Position numbers and translations under genes: made by a program
Shown: positions 39,156 through 48,287 of the stretch, piece by piece
Layout of the letters: each line of letters starts with the position of its first letter
Numbering within the stretch: the first letter of the stretch is position 1
Notes under the pieces: generated by a model
What the model was told of the DNA's origin: nothing
The model's input: the letters and a program-made list of their open reading frames with translations, nothing else
Database searches by the model: none
DNA from: a virus
Virus record (IMG/VR): IMGVR_UViG_3300021437_000001
Location: 1 to 64,000 of that record
Direction: 5' to 3' (one strand)
DNA length: 64,000 bases

Positions 39156-41861
39156 ATGTCTTTGACGAAAACAGTAAATTCAAAATCAAATATTAAGCAG
39201 TACAGCAATGCTGACCTGCCTGTTCAGCCTCGTCAACCTGCTATAGCACGTTACGCTGCCGAATCGACATTAAATCAAACCGTCATTTCTCTACCTTTTC
39301 AAGTAGATACCGTAAACGCTGCCGATTCATTTCTTCTTTCAATTGACGGTAAAGTCTTAACACCAGGCGTTCTTAACGACTTTACTTTTACCGCAATTGA
39401 CTCTTTTGGCTTTTCCTCTACCGTAACTCTTACACAAGCAATTCCAGCTTCTCTTAATATCCAAGCTATTAAACTTGGTCTTAAAAAAGAAACTGAGTTT
39501 GCTCAAGATGCTCGTTTCACTAATTTATATGAATCTCAAGACCAAGCCTTTCAAGGTTTTGTTCGTACTGCTGATGTAATTACAGCGACTACTGGAACTC
39601 CTGGTACTGGACAGTTTTACTCAAGTATCTCAAATAGAGCTTCTATTACAGACTTGACTAAGGACCTTAAAGTTAGAATGGGTATTGATCGTGTTATTGT
39701 TCAATCTATAGCACGTTTGCAAAATGAATTTGGACCTAATGGCGAACCTGTTTTTGCTGCTGTTAACGACGATAGAGGGCAAATTAGATTTGTTGGCCAA
39801 TGGGCTATTGGAAATACAACTACTAATGGAGTTCATCCGGCCACATCTAACGTAAATGATTATGTAGAAGTTACTTTCTACGGAACTGGTCTGAATTTAT
39901 TAACCGTAATTTCTAATGACGCCAGAGATTCTAGAGTATCAGTGGATGGCGGTGCTGAAGGTTCTAATATTTTCCCAGGTTCTACTGGTTCTGCTGTTCT
40001 AAATGGTAGAAATTATCAGACTAATAGCATTTTACCAGTAGTCGCTGGACTATCTTTGGGTATTCACACTATTAAAATCAGAATAAATAGTGTTTATTTA
40101 GACGTATCTGGCTTTGAAGTCCTTAACCAATCCTCAACTTTAGTAATTAATCCAGGCGCTACCTACATGTCTGGTAAAAAAGCTACAACACTAGCTCAAC
40201 AATCTCTTGCTTACAACTCTACCTTTGAGTCTGGAACTTTAAGTACTCGTGGTGGTAGAGTTCTCGTTTATCAAAAATCTGATGGTACAATTGCTAAAGC
40301 AGTTACGCCTGCTGGTTCGCAACTTAATTTAACTAGTGCTGATCATACTAATGAAGAAATTGCTCGCACTTATCACTGGCGTGAATTTGGAGCAGGTAGA
40401 ACTGATGATCTAAGTTTAATTGCAGGAAATGGTAACTACGCTTTCACATTAGATGATGGAACAACTACGCTTGTGGCGTCACAAATGACACCTTCATCTC
40501 TTGGTGGGGGAAACAATCTAGTATTTAATAGTAATGGCGCTTATGCCACTATTACATTTGTCGGAACTGGTTTAGATTATGTACGTTCCGATACCGTAGC
40601 AGGTGGGGCAGATACGTTTTCTGCTACAGTAGACGGCACCTCTTTAGGCAACTATGCTACTACAGGCGTGCTTGGGGAACGAATTCAAAAAATCGTATCA
40701 GGATTACCGTATGGTACACACACTGTAAAATTGATGCGAACTTCTGTGCCCGCAACTTACGACGCCGGAATTAAGCAATTTATCGTTTACCAACCTAAAA
40801 AACCAACACTCCCATCTGGAGCAGTTGAGTTGGCTGATTATAATGTGATGGCTGATTTTGCGGTCGGTACAGTCGGAGTTCCAAATATTTCTACGGGAGT
40901 TGTGCGTAAAAATAATACACGAGAAGTGTCTTATGTTAACGGAACTGGCGGAACTTCAGATTGGACTATTGGCATTGATGTTGTCAACGAAGCTTCTGGA
41001 TTTTCCATGACTTCTGATCGAACTAATGCGTATGCTGATTTTATATTTTTCGGTACTGGTGTAGATTTTAGATATTTTGCTGCAACAAATAGATCGAGCA
41101 GCATTCAAATATCTTTACAAAATCTATCTACTAATGGCTCACTGCTAGCAGCTACAACAACAAATTTTGCAACTGCTACATTTTCCCAATATGGAATTGG
41201 ATCTTTTACATCCAGCACTGGTATATTAAGTCAAAACGGCACTAATACAGGCGGTTCTGGTTTAAGAATTTCAGGACTTCCTTTGGCTTTGTACAAAATT
41301 AGAGTATTAAATAACACAGCCAGTTCTTTTGTATCTGTTACGAATTTTGACATCATCACTCCAATCCACTCAGCAAAATCAAATGTCTATGCGGACCTAC
41401 AAAATACTCTGCCAATTGGTTCATGTGCAATTTCTGATAACAGAAAAACTTCAGCAATCAAAGAAGCTCTACCTGTTCAAAAAGCATGGGCACAGGCAAT
41501 AGGCACAACACCTAGCCCTTCTCCAGGAGTCACGACAACAGCAACAACTTTTGTCCCATGTCCTGATATGAGTGTTACTTTAAAGACTAATGGCGGAAGA
41601 TTAAGAATAGCTTATAGTATTTGCACTTTGCATTCCGTTTCTGGGGCATCTCAGGAATTTCAAATTTATGTAGATGGCGTGGCGGTTGGAACTGAAAAAT
41701 ACACACTGGCTCCAGGAGTTTCAGCTTCCGTGGACACGAGCGATGTAATATCCATACCTGTATCTGCTGGCGTACATAAAGTAGAGTTATATTGGCATAC
41801 TAGTTCTGGCATTTTGACAGGATATAGAGATTATCGTACACTTTTAGTAGAAGAACTTTAA
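39156..41861 (+). CDS. Long tail fibre / receptor-binding protein B
   Basis: 901 aa; colinear with the C-terminal ~750 aa of 34078..38022. Confidence 0.75.
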   Translation: MSLTKTVNSKSNIKQYSNADLPVQPRQPAIARYAAESTLNQTVISLPFQVDTVNAADSFLLSIDGKVLTPGVLNDFTFTAIDSFGFSSTVTLTQAIPASLNIQAIKLGLKKETEFAQDARFTNLYESQDQAFQGFVRTADVITATTGTPGTGQFYSSISNRASITDLTKDLKVRMGIDRVIVQSIARLQNEFGPNGEPVFAAVNDDRGQIRFVGQWAIGNTTTNGVHPATSNVNDYVEVTFYGTGLNLLTVISNDARDSRVSVDGGAEGSNIFPGSTGSAVLNGRNYQTNSILPVVAGLSLGIHTIKIRINSVYLDVSGFEVLNQSSTLVINPGATYMSGKKATTLAQQSLAYNSTFESGTLSTRGGRVLVYQKSDGTIAKAVTPAGSQLNLTSADHTNEEIARTYHWREFGAGRTDDLSLIAGNGNYAFTLDDGTTTLVASQMTPSSLGGGNNLVFNSNGAYATITFVGTGLDYVRSDTVAGGADTFSATVDGTSLGNYATTGVLGERIQKIVSGLPYGTHTVKLMRTSVPATYDAGIKQFIVYQPKKPTLPSGAVELADYNVMADFAVGTVGVPNISTGVVRKNNTREVSYVNGTGGTSDWTIGIDVVNEASGFSMTSDRTNAYADFIFFGTGVDFRYFAATNRSSSIQISLQNLSTNGSLLAATTTNFATATFSQYGIGSFTSSTGILSQNGTNTGGSGLRISGLPLALYKIRVLNNTASSFVSVTNFDIITPIHSAKSNVYADLQNTLPIGSCAISDNRKTSAIKEALPVQKAWAQAIGTTPSPSPGVTTTATTFVPCPDMSVTLKTNGGRLRIAYSICTLHSVSGASQEFQIYVDGVAVGTEKYTLAPGVSASVDTSDVISIPVSAGVHKVELYWHTSSGILTGYRDYRTLLVEEL
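40251..40354 (+). repeat. 104-bp exact repeat, copy 2
   Basis: Identical to 36478-36581. Confidence 0.95.
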
Positions 41862-41876
41862 TAAAGGAGCTATAAA

Positions 41877-42242
41877 ATGCAAAAATTAGAATTACAATGG
41901 AAACAAATCAGTATTGATCTAGAAACGGTAGATGCTAAGCTTAGAGCTGATCATCCCGATACATACAAAGGTAATCAAGCCGCTGGTATTTTAGAGCTTT
42001 GGTTTTCTGAGTTGCCAGATCAAGCAGCTCAAGATGCTATCGTAGCTTACTGGGAAGCTCTTGACGCTTCTTCACCAGAGGCACTTTCATATCGCTCTCA
42101 AACCCAAATTACAGCAGCAATCCAAACTTTAAAAGAAGGTATTCCTGCTAAAACTTGGAATCAAATGAGCGCCTTAGAACGAAGACTTCAAATGGGACTT
42201 GCGGTTTCAAAAGCAGACTTAATTGCCGCACAAGTATTGTAA
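41877..42242 (+). CDS. Hypothetical protein, possible fibre chaperone
   Basis: 121 aa after the fibre gene; AAGGAG RBS. Confidence 0.5.
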   Translation: MQKLELQWKQISIDLETVDAKLRADHPDTYKGNQAAGILELWFSELPDQAAQDAIVAYWEALDASSPEALSYRSQTQITAAIQTLKEGIPAKTWNQMSALERRLQMGLAVSKADLIAAQVL

Positions 42243-42251
42243 GGTGGGATC

Positions 42252-42905
42252 ATGGCTTTAACACAAATTCCTAGATTACCAACCCAACAGAAGTTTACTT
42301 CTGGTTCTGGCACCTACACAACGCCTGCCTATTGCAAATACATTCGTGTAAGAATGGTTGGCGGCGGCGGCGGCGGCGCAGGCAGCGGAACTTCAGCAGG
42401 TACGTCTGCGACTTCAGGCGGAACTTCTACTTTTGGAACGTCTCTTCTGACTGCAAATGGCGGTGTTGCAGGAGGAATTAATAGTACAGCAGGCGGAGCG
42501 GGTGGTACTGCTACTATTAATTCTCCAGGTATCGGAGTGGCTTTACAAGGTGGATATGGTGCCACTTCTTGCTCTTCGGTTCAAGCGACAGCAGGTGGAG
42601 GTCACGGAGGTTCTAGTCCTTTTGGTGGTGCGGGCAGTGGATCTGGATCTACTAACACAGGAGCAGCAACCGCAGCAGTAGCCAACACTGGCTCCGGCGG
42701 TGGCGGTGCATCTGGATTTTCAGCAAATGTATTTTCTGGCGACGGTGGCGGTGCAGGTGGATATATAGACGCTATTATTTCCTCTCCTTCAACCACTTAT
42801 AACTATTCTGTAGGTACAGGTGGCACCGCAGGCGCAGCAGGTCCATCAGGATTTGCTGGTGGAGCAGGTGGGTCGGGCGTTATTATAGTTGATGAATATT
42901 ATTAA
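42252..42905 (+). CDS. Glycine-rich fibre-tip domain protein
   Basis: 'FTSGSGTYTTP......VRMVGGGGGG...GGSGVIIVDEY'. Confidence 0.8.
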   Translation: MALTQIPRLPTQQKFTSGSGTYTTPAYCKYIRVRMVGGGGGGAGSGTSAGTSATSGGTSTFGTSLLTANGGVAGGINSTAGGAGGTATINSPGIGVALQGGYGATSCSSVQATAGGGHGGSSPFGGAGSGSGSTNTGAATAAVANTGSGGGGASGFSANVFSGDGGGAGGYIDAIISSPSTTYNYSVGTGGTAGAAGPSGFAGGAGGSGVIIVDEYY

Positions 42906-42932
42906 ACTGATCTGCCAAGTGTAGAAACAGTA

Positions 42933-42956
42933 AGAGGGCCGCAAAACGGCCCTTTC
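42933..42956. terminator. Probable bidirectional terminator between convergent genes
   Basis: AGGGCCG-caaaa-CGGCCCT followed by TT, in the gap between the + structural module and the - helicase gene. Confidence 0.75.
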
Positions 42957-44392
42957 TATTTGTAGTCTTTATAAATCTCAGAGCGTTCTCCTGAGTGCTC
43001 TTCTAAATAGCCGCCATCTCGGTCAGTAAAATCGTAGATGACGGCTTTTTGTTTTTTAGGGGCTATGCGAAGTACCCTACCAATATTTTGAATAACTTGC
43101 GAACGAGCTTTACCACCACCAGCCATAATTAGAACTTCAGCACAAGGCAAGTCAACACCCTCCCCTATAACGCTAGTTCCTATTAAGCAGTCCAACGAAC
43201 CCTCTTTAAAATTCTTCATCATTTTAGCTCGAACATCATCTTTCTCTTCACCGTGAATAAACTCGGCCCAAGGAATCAAGGTTTTCAAAGCTTCTCCATG
43301 TTCTTTATACTGAACAAGGATAATCATCTTTTTTTTCTTTTCTTTTTTAGCAATATCGGCTATTACAGAATTACGTTCCTCATTTTCAACTATTCCTTCA
43401 CGATAAACTTTTTGATAGTTTGTTTCTTGAAGCTGCATAGGCATGTCAATAATTTCAAATGTAGGTTTAACCAAAAACCCATCAGCTATCGCCTGTTGTA
43501 CACTATACTCGTGTAGCACTTCACTCAAGACGCCTTCTAACGCTAAGTCAGCGCCGTCATTTCTAAAATTAGTAGCAGTCAATCCGATTCTAAAATACAC
43601 ATGTTTTAAATGCTTCAAGTTAACTTCTTGATAAGTAGTAGCAGCAGAATGGTGAAACTCATCAATAAAAACAGCTCCCACTTCTTTAAATACTTCAGGA
43701 TCTATTTTTATCAAAGCTTGAATATTGCAGATGCTTATTACTTTTTTAAGCTTGACTGTTTTAGTATTTAATACTTCTACAGAACCGCTGCCGAAATATC
43801 TAATCATGACTTCTTCCATCATGTCAGTGATACCTTTGTTAGGAGTAATAATTAAAGTTTTAACTCCAAGCTCCCATATCATTTTAGCCGCAGTCACAGT
43901 TTTACCTGTACCAGTAGGCAATACAACAATACCTCGTCCATCGGTTAAAAGCTTTTTAACGGCTGCTTTTTGATAATAACGAAAATCAGGAAATGGAAGT
44001 TTGTTCATTATCTTTGCAGAATTGCGTTTAGGCTCAATGCGCTTGTCTTCAACAGCCCATTCGATTTGTTGCTCACTCAACCAATCTAAAACTCGAGGCA
44101 ATATTCCAGAAGGAAATTCATTGTCGATAAGTAAAGTTATTTTTCTTTCTTTGTCAAGTTTTTCCGCTTCCTTTGAAAGAAATGCCCGCTGCCGTTTTAA
44201 AGCAACTTGATCCGAACCTAAATTAGTATTTTGCAATAATGTGTTGACACGGCGTAATTGTTTGATTATCTTTTGAAATGAGTATTCAGCCGCTTGATCA
44301 ACATAAGACATTTGGTTTTGAAGAGCAGCATAATCTGCACCTTTTAAACCTAATAGTTGACATGTGGAATTATTCAAAGTAATCTTGACCAT
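42956..44392 (-). CDS. SF2 DEAD/DEAH-box helicase (UvsW/D10-like)
   Basis: RYYQ Q-motif, PTGTGKT, DEFHH, GLTAT, IGEGVDLP and QNIGRVLR. The start may be 44392 or 44407. Confidence 0.92.
   Translation of the reverse strand: MVKITLNNSTCQLLGLKGADYAALQNQMSYVDQAAEYSFQKIIKQLRRVNTLLQNTNLGSDQVALKRQRAFLSKEAEKLDKERKITLLIDNEFPSGILPRVLDWLSEQQIEWAVEDKRIEPKRNSAKIMNKLPFPDFRYYQKAAVKKLLTDGRGIVVLPTGTGKTVTAAKMIWELGVKTLIITPNKGITDMMEEVMIRYFGSGSVEVLNTKTVKLKKVISICNIQALIKIDPEVFKEVGAVFIDEFHHSAATTYQEVNLKHLKHVYFRIGLTATNFRNDGADLALEGVLSEVLHEYSVQQAIADGFLVKPTFEIIDMPMQLQETNYQKVYREGIVENEERNSVIADIAKKEKKKKMIILVQYKEHGEALKTLIPWAEFIHGEEKDDVRAKMMKNFKEGSLDCLIGTSVIGEGVDLPCAEVLIMAGGGKARSQVIQNIGRVLRIAPKKQKAVIYDFTDRDGGYLEEHSGERSEIYKDYK
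44357..44385 (+). promoter_or_regulatory. Sigma70-type promoter TTGACA-17-TAATCT embedded antisense in the helicase 5' end
   Basis: Consensus -35 with a 17-bp spacer; the only candidate seen for the rightward replication operon. Confidence 0.55.
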
Positions 44393-44425
44393 GAGTAAGT
44401 ATCTCATTATGGAAGGAGAAAATCA

Positions 44426-44653
44426 ATGGAAAGTGACATCAAAGCTAAGGGGTTAGAGTTTTTGTACGGCCAGGTTTCTAAAGGCAATATTCCGCAAATC
44501 AAGAAAGGCATGCTTGAAGATTTGTTGGGTTTTGTAGAAGGTCTAAAGGCCGAAGAACAGGCTCGTCAAATGGCTAGAAGATTTGAACAGATTTCAAAAG
44601 AAGCTGGACAAGATTCTTCGGCAGAGGCGCTAGCAGAAAAACTAACTCGATAA
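44426..44653 (+). CDS. Hypothetical protein
   Basis: 75 aa, AAGGAG RBS; helical pattern, not GroES-like. Confidence 0.7.
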   Translation: MESDIKAKGLEFLYGQVSKGNIPQIKKGMLEDLLGFVEGLKAEEQARQMARRFEQISKEAGQDSSAEALAEKLTR

Positions 44654-44662
44654 GGAAGTCCT

Positions 44663-46312
44663 ATGAGTAAAATAATTCTTAATTCTCACGACACTAAGCA
44701 AAAAGCTTTAGAGACAATTACGGAAATGGCTGCTGCTGTAAAAGCTACACTAGGCCCAGGCGGAAATCCCATCATCCTCCAACGTCAAGGGCAGAATCCA
44801 GACGGTACTCCTATTGGCCCTCTTATAACTAAAGACGGCGTAACAGTTGCCGAATACATCGCTTTTAAAAGTAATGTAAAAGATACAATCGCAAAAGCCA
44901 TTCTTCAAGTTGCAAAAAATACAGTAAATCAAGCTGGTGACGGTACAACTACTGCGGTAGTGCTTGCAGAGGCAATTTACAAAGCGGGCTACCGACACAT
45001 AGAACAAGGCCAGAATTCAATTCAACTTTATGACGAATTGAACGCCATTAAAAATGAAATTATTGCTTCGATCAATAAAGTAAAGAAAGATATTTCCGAA
45101 GAAGAAATTATGGACGTGGCTTTAATTTCTGCCAATGGTGATGCAGAGATTGCCAGTATTGTTCAGCAAGCAATCTTAGCTGTTGGAGAAGATGGACACA
45201 TTGCCCTTGAAGAAGGAGCTTCTCGTGAAACAGAACTCACTCAAATTGAAGGCGCTGTCTATAAGCAAGGTTGGACTTCTTTTGGAGCTGCTGGTTCTCA
45301 TTTAGTTACCGATAAATCTCGAGACTTATGCGTCATGTCAAATCCAGCGATTCTTTTATATGCTGGAAATCTCGACAGTATTCACGATCTTGGTAAAGTT
45401 CTTCAAGGCTTGTATCAAGTTGAGAATGGTCAAGTTAACAACGTAGTTCCTGTTTTAATTATTGCTAACGAAATTTCAGATGACGTCAAAAATTTCATTC
45501 TTGAAAATAGAACCCACAGAGGCTATCCAATTGCCGCTATTAAATCTCCATTTGACGGCTCTCCAAATTCTCGTACTGAGATGTTAGAAGATCTAGCTTG
45601 TCTAGTGGGTGCCCAAGTAGCAGCTAAAGGTATCTTAGAACTTAAGAACGTAACTTCTGAACATTTTGGATCTTGTGACCGAGTTGAAATTTCTCGTAAT
45701 GAGATGACTATCTTTTCTGGTGCTGGCGACGAAGAGGATGTTTTACAACGTGTAACTGACATGAAAAAGTTACTCGCTAGTAAACTTCACGACTTCGATC
45801 AAGAGAATCTGCGTATCCGTATCGGTAAACTCACCGGAGGTATTGCTGTTATCCGTGTAGGCGGAAACTCTGAGCTAGAGATTCTAGAGAAAAAAGACCG
45901 TATTGAAGATGCCCTTTGCGCTGCAAGAGTAGCCATTCAAGATGGCGTCGTAGCTGGTGGAGGTTATACACTGTACCAAATTAGTCAGGAATTAACCTCT
46001 AATTCAACTGCCGCACAGATAATGAAGGAAGCTTTACAAGCGCCTATTAAACAGATTATTACAAACGTAGGCCAAGATGCCAATGTTGTACTAGCTTTGA
46101 TGCCTAAGAAGAAAGGTTATAACGCTAGAACCAAAGAATACGTTGATTTGCTAAAGGCCGGAATTATTGATCCAGCTAAGGTTACGAAGTCGGCATTAGA
46201 GAATGCGGTTAGCATAGCAGGGTTATTGTTAACTACAGGCGGTTCAATTGTAGTAGATGACACTCCCGCTAGCGGAATGCCAAACCCTTTACATGCGCTC
46301 TTTGGAGGCTAA
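44663..46312 (+). CDS. groEL: Phage chaperonin GroEL
   Basis: TLGPGG, ITKDGVTVA, AGDGTTTA, ISANGD, GGIAVIRVG, EKKDRIEDA, GVVAGGG, GIIDPAKVTKSALENA. Confidence 0.97.
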   Translation: MSKIILNSHDTKQKALETITEMAAAVKATLGPGGNPIILQRQGQNPDGTPIGPLITKDGVTVAEYIAFKSNVKDTIAKAILQVAKNTVNQAGDGTTTAVVLAEAIYKAGYRHIEQGQNSIQLYDELNAIKNEIIASINKVKKDISEEEIMDVALISANGDAEIASIVQQAILAVGEDGHIALEEGASRETELTQIEGAVYKQGWTSFGAAGSHLVTDKSRDLCVMSNPAILLYAGNLDSIHDLGKVLQGLYQVENGQVNNVVPVLIIANEISDDVKNFILENRTHRGYPIAAIKSPFDGSPNSRTEMLEDLACLVGAQVAAKGILELKNVTSEHFGSCDRVEISRNEMTIFSGAGDEEDVLQRVTDMKKLLASKLHDFDQENLRIRIGKLTGGIAVIRVGGNSELEILEKKDRIEDALCAARVAIQDGVVAGGGYTLYQISQELTSNSTAAQIMKEALQAPIKQIITNVGQDANVVLALMPKKKGYNARTKEYVDLLKAGIIDPAKVTKSALENAVSIAGLLLTTGGSIVVDDTPASGMPNPLHALFGG

Positions 46313-47455
46313 GTGGCTAAAGAAAAGAAAAAGTGGAATCCTAACGCCGTATGGCTCAGTTACTCAGGGGCAAGCTCCTTTAAAGCCTGTCCTGAGAAGT
46401 TTTACTTGAGCAAAGAATGGCAAGCCAAGGGTAACTTTAGTTACTTTGTATTTGGTTCTGCCGTGGAGTGTGGTGTTACTTCTGCTTTGATTGATCGAGA
46501 CCGAGAGAAGATGTTGGCCGCTTTTGAAAAGAATTGGAAAGCAGAACACGCCGATGATCCTGAGAAGTCTAAACCAATATTTGATAATTGGACTATTGAG
46601 TATTCAGCAGGTGACGTGGATATTGATCTAGTTGAAGGCGAAGACATTCGTTTAGATCAATGGGTTACTGAGCTATTTAACGATGTAACTCAGACATGGA
46701 AGCCTAAGATCTTTGAGATTTTTGCAAAGATCAAAGAAAAGAAGAAACTTGACGAGAACGAAGATAAGTTTTACAAACGAGTTGCCTGGCTTTCCATGAA
46801 GAAAAAGGGTGAGTACATGCTCAATTCCTTTTTTGACACGAAGCTTAAAGACATTAAAGGTTTGGTAGAGCTTGACGGTAAACCAGCAGCACAATTGCGT
46901 ATTGATATTCCTTCGGAAGATGGAGACAATATCGTAGGTTATGTCGATTATATTGTGGAGTTAAATGACGGCACAGTTGTGATCTTAGATTGTAAAACTG
47001 CTGCTGCGGCTTATGACGATCATAAATTACTAACTTCGGAACAATTAAAAACGTATGCTGCGGCTTTGTCGTCTAAGTTTGACGAAGTTCCAGAGATAGG
47101 TTATCTTGTTTTAGTAAAGAAATTGAATACTGAAAAATCTTGTACAAGCTGTGGAGCTTTGCGAGAGAATTCGAAATTAAAAAATTGTGTATCTTGTGGC
47201 GAAGGTAAATACGAGTCGGCGTCATATTCAGCAGAAGTGCAAATGATGCACCGACCAATTGATGATGAAGAAATGGACGATCAGCTTGAAGACTATTCTC
47301 AAATAGCTGATGCGGTGAGAAACAAAATCAGATATAAAAATCCTGAGAATTGTTTTTCGTTTGGTCGAAGATGTGAGTTTTACGATCATTGCCATAAAGG
47401 TAAAAGTTTAGATAAATTAACAACAGTTGAACCAAAGAAAAAAGGAGGCCGCTAA
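46313..47455 (+). CDS. PD-(D/E)XK Cas4/RecB-like exonuclease
   Basis: LSYS....F..CP, GYVD...ILDCKT, QLKTYA and C-terminal C..C..C cluster ligands; extra CxxC/CxxC ribbon. Confidence 0.85.
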   Translation: MAKEKKKWNPNAVWLSYSGASSFKACPEKFYLSKEWQAKGNFSYFVFGSAVECGVTSALIDRDREKMLAAFEKNWKAEHADDPEKSKPIFDNWTIEYSAGDVDIDLVEGEDIRLDQWVTELFNDVTQTWKPKIFEIFAKIKEKKKLDENEDKFYKRVAWLSMKKKGEYMLNSFFDTKLKDIKGLVELDGKPAAQLRIDIPSEDGDNIVGYVDYIVELNDGTVVILDCKTAAAAYDDHKLLTSEQLKTYAAALSSKFDEVPEIGYLVLVKKLNTEKSCTSCGALRENSKLKNCVSCGEGKYESASYSAEVQMMHRPIDDEEMDDQLEDYSQIADAVRNKIRYKNPENCFSFGRRCEFYDHCHKGKSLDKLTTVEPKKKGGR

Positions 47456-47997
47456 TGGCTAAGGGAAGATTACCAGATGGTTATAGGGGCGTAGATTTAA
47501 TTATAAAAGAATTTCGAATCAAAAACCCCAAAGGTAAAGTGGAGACAACTCCGGTTTTAATGGGTGATGGTTATGTAATCATTACTGCAAAAATTACCAC
47601 TGACGATGGTGCAGTTGGTAGCGGTATGGCTGATGCCGACGTGCAAGAAGATAAATCAGTTGAGAAAGCTGAGTCTGGTGCAATTCGACGAGCTTTACTA
47701 ACTCTTGGATATGAATCCATTGCCGTTGACGAAGATCAAGAAGAATCTTCTAAACGTAAAGAAGAAGAACCAAAAGAAGAGAAAAAGTCTTTCAAACGTT
47801 CTGAACCAGCTAAGAAAGTTGAAGAATCTGACGACGAGCAGGATGAAGACGAAGAAAAAAAACCTAAATCTCGCTTTGGCAACAAAGGTTTGAAACGCCA
47901 AGCCGACGAGAAAGATTCTGAAAACGACGATGACGAAGAGTCTCAAGAAGAAGGTAAGTCTAAATTTACCAGAGGTTCTCGTTTTCAACGAGGTTAA
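47455..47997 (+). CDS. Putative Rad52/Sak-like single-strand annealing protein with charged disordered tail
   Basis: 'G.G.A.......EKAESGAIRRAL..LG' motif; coupled to the exonuclease gene. Confidence 0.55.
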   Translation: MAKGRLPDGYRGVDLIIKEFRIKNPKGKVETTPVLMGDGYVIITAKITTDDGAVGSGMADADVQEDKSVEKAESGAIRRALLTLGYESIAVDEDQEESSKRKEEEPKEEKKSFKRSEPAKKVEESDDEQDEDEEKKPKSRFGNKGLKRQADEKDSENDDDEESQEEGKSKFTRGSRFQRG

Positions 47998-47999
47998 AA

Positions 48000-48278
48000 A
48001 TGGTAGACATCGTAATCTTGAAATATCCAAATCGTAAACTTTATGACCGAACTAACAGCGTATATGTTACAGGTTCTAAAATTCTCGAAATGATACGTTC
48101 AGGAAAAAAGATTCAGATTGTTGAAAGTAAATCGGGGAAAGTTATTACTGGTTTAATTTTGGCTCAAGCTTTGCTTGACGAAAGTGAAAATCAGTTTTAT
48201 AGTCAAGAGAGTGTGACCGTCTTGGAAAGAATAATTCGAGATGGAAACTTTGAAACATTTAGTAAAAAACTTCTATAG
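48000..48278 (+). CDS. phaR: PhaR-like (PHB_acc_N) DNA-binding regulator
   Basis: ILKYPNRKLYD..S.YVT...I.EMIR.G..IQIVE.KSG..IT..IL.Q matches the PhaR N-terminal domain consensus. Confidence 0.85.
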   Translation: MVDIVILKYPNRKLYDRTNSVYVTGSKILEMIRSGKKIQIVESKSGKVITGLILAQALLDESENQFYSQESVTVLERIIRDGNFETFSKKLL

Positions 48279-48287
48279 GAGGAAGAT

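Noticed and set aside
34078-41861. Diversity-generating retroelement or invertase shufflon
   Set aside because: No reverse transcriptase or site-specific recombinase is in the window, the repeats are direct and both copies are coding, and the differences are not adenine-specific.
42360-42377. (GGC)6 microsatellite as a phase-variation tract
   Set aside because: In-frame triplets encoding the normal poly-Gly motif of this domain.
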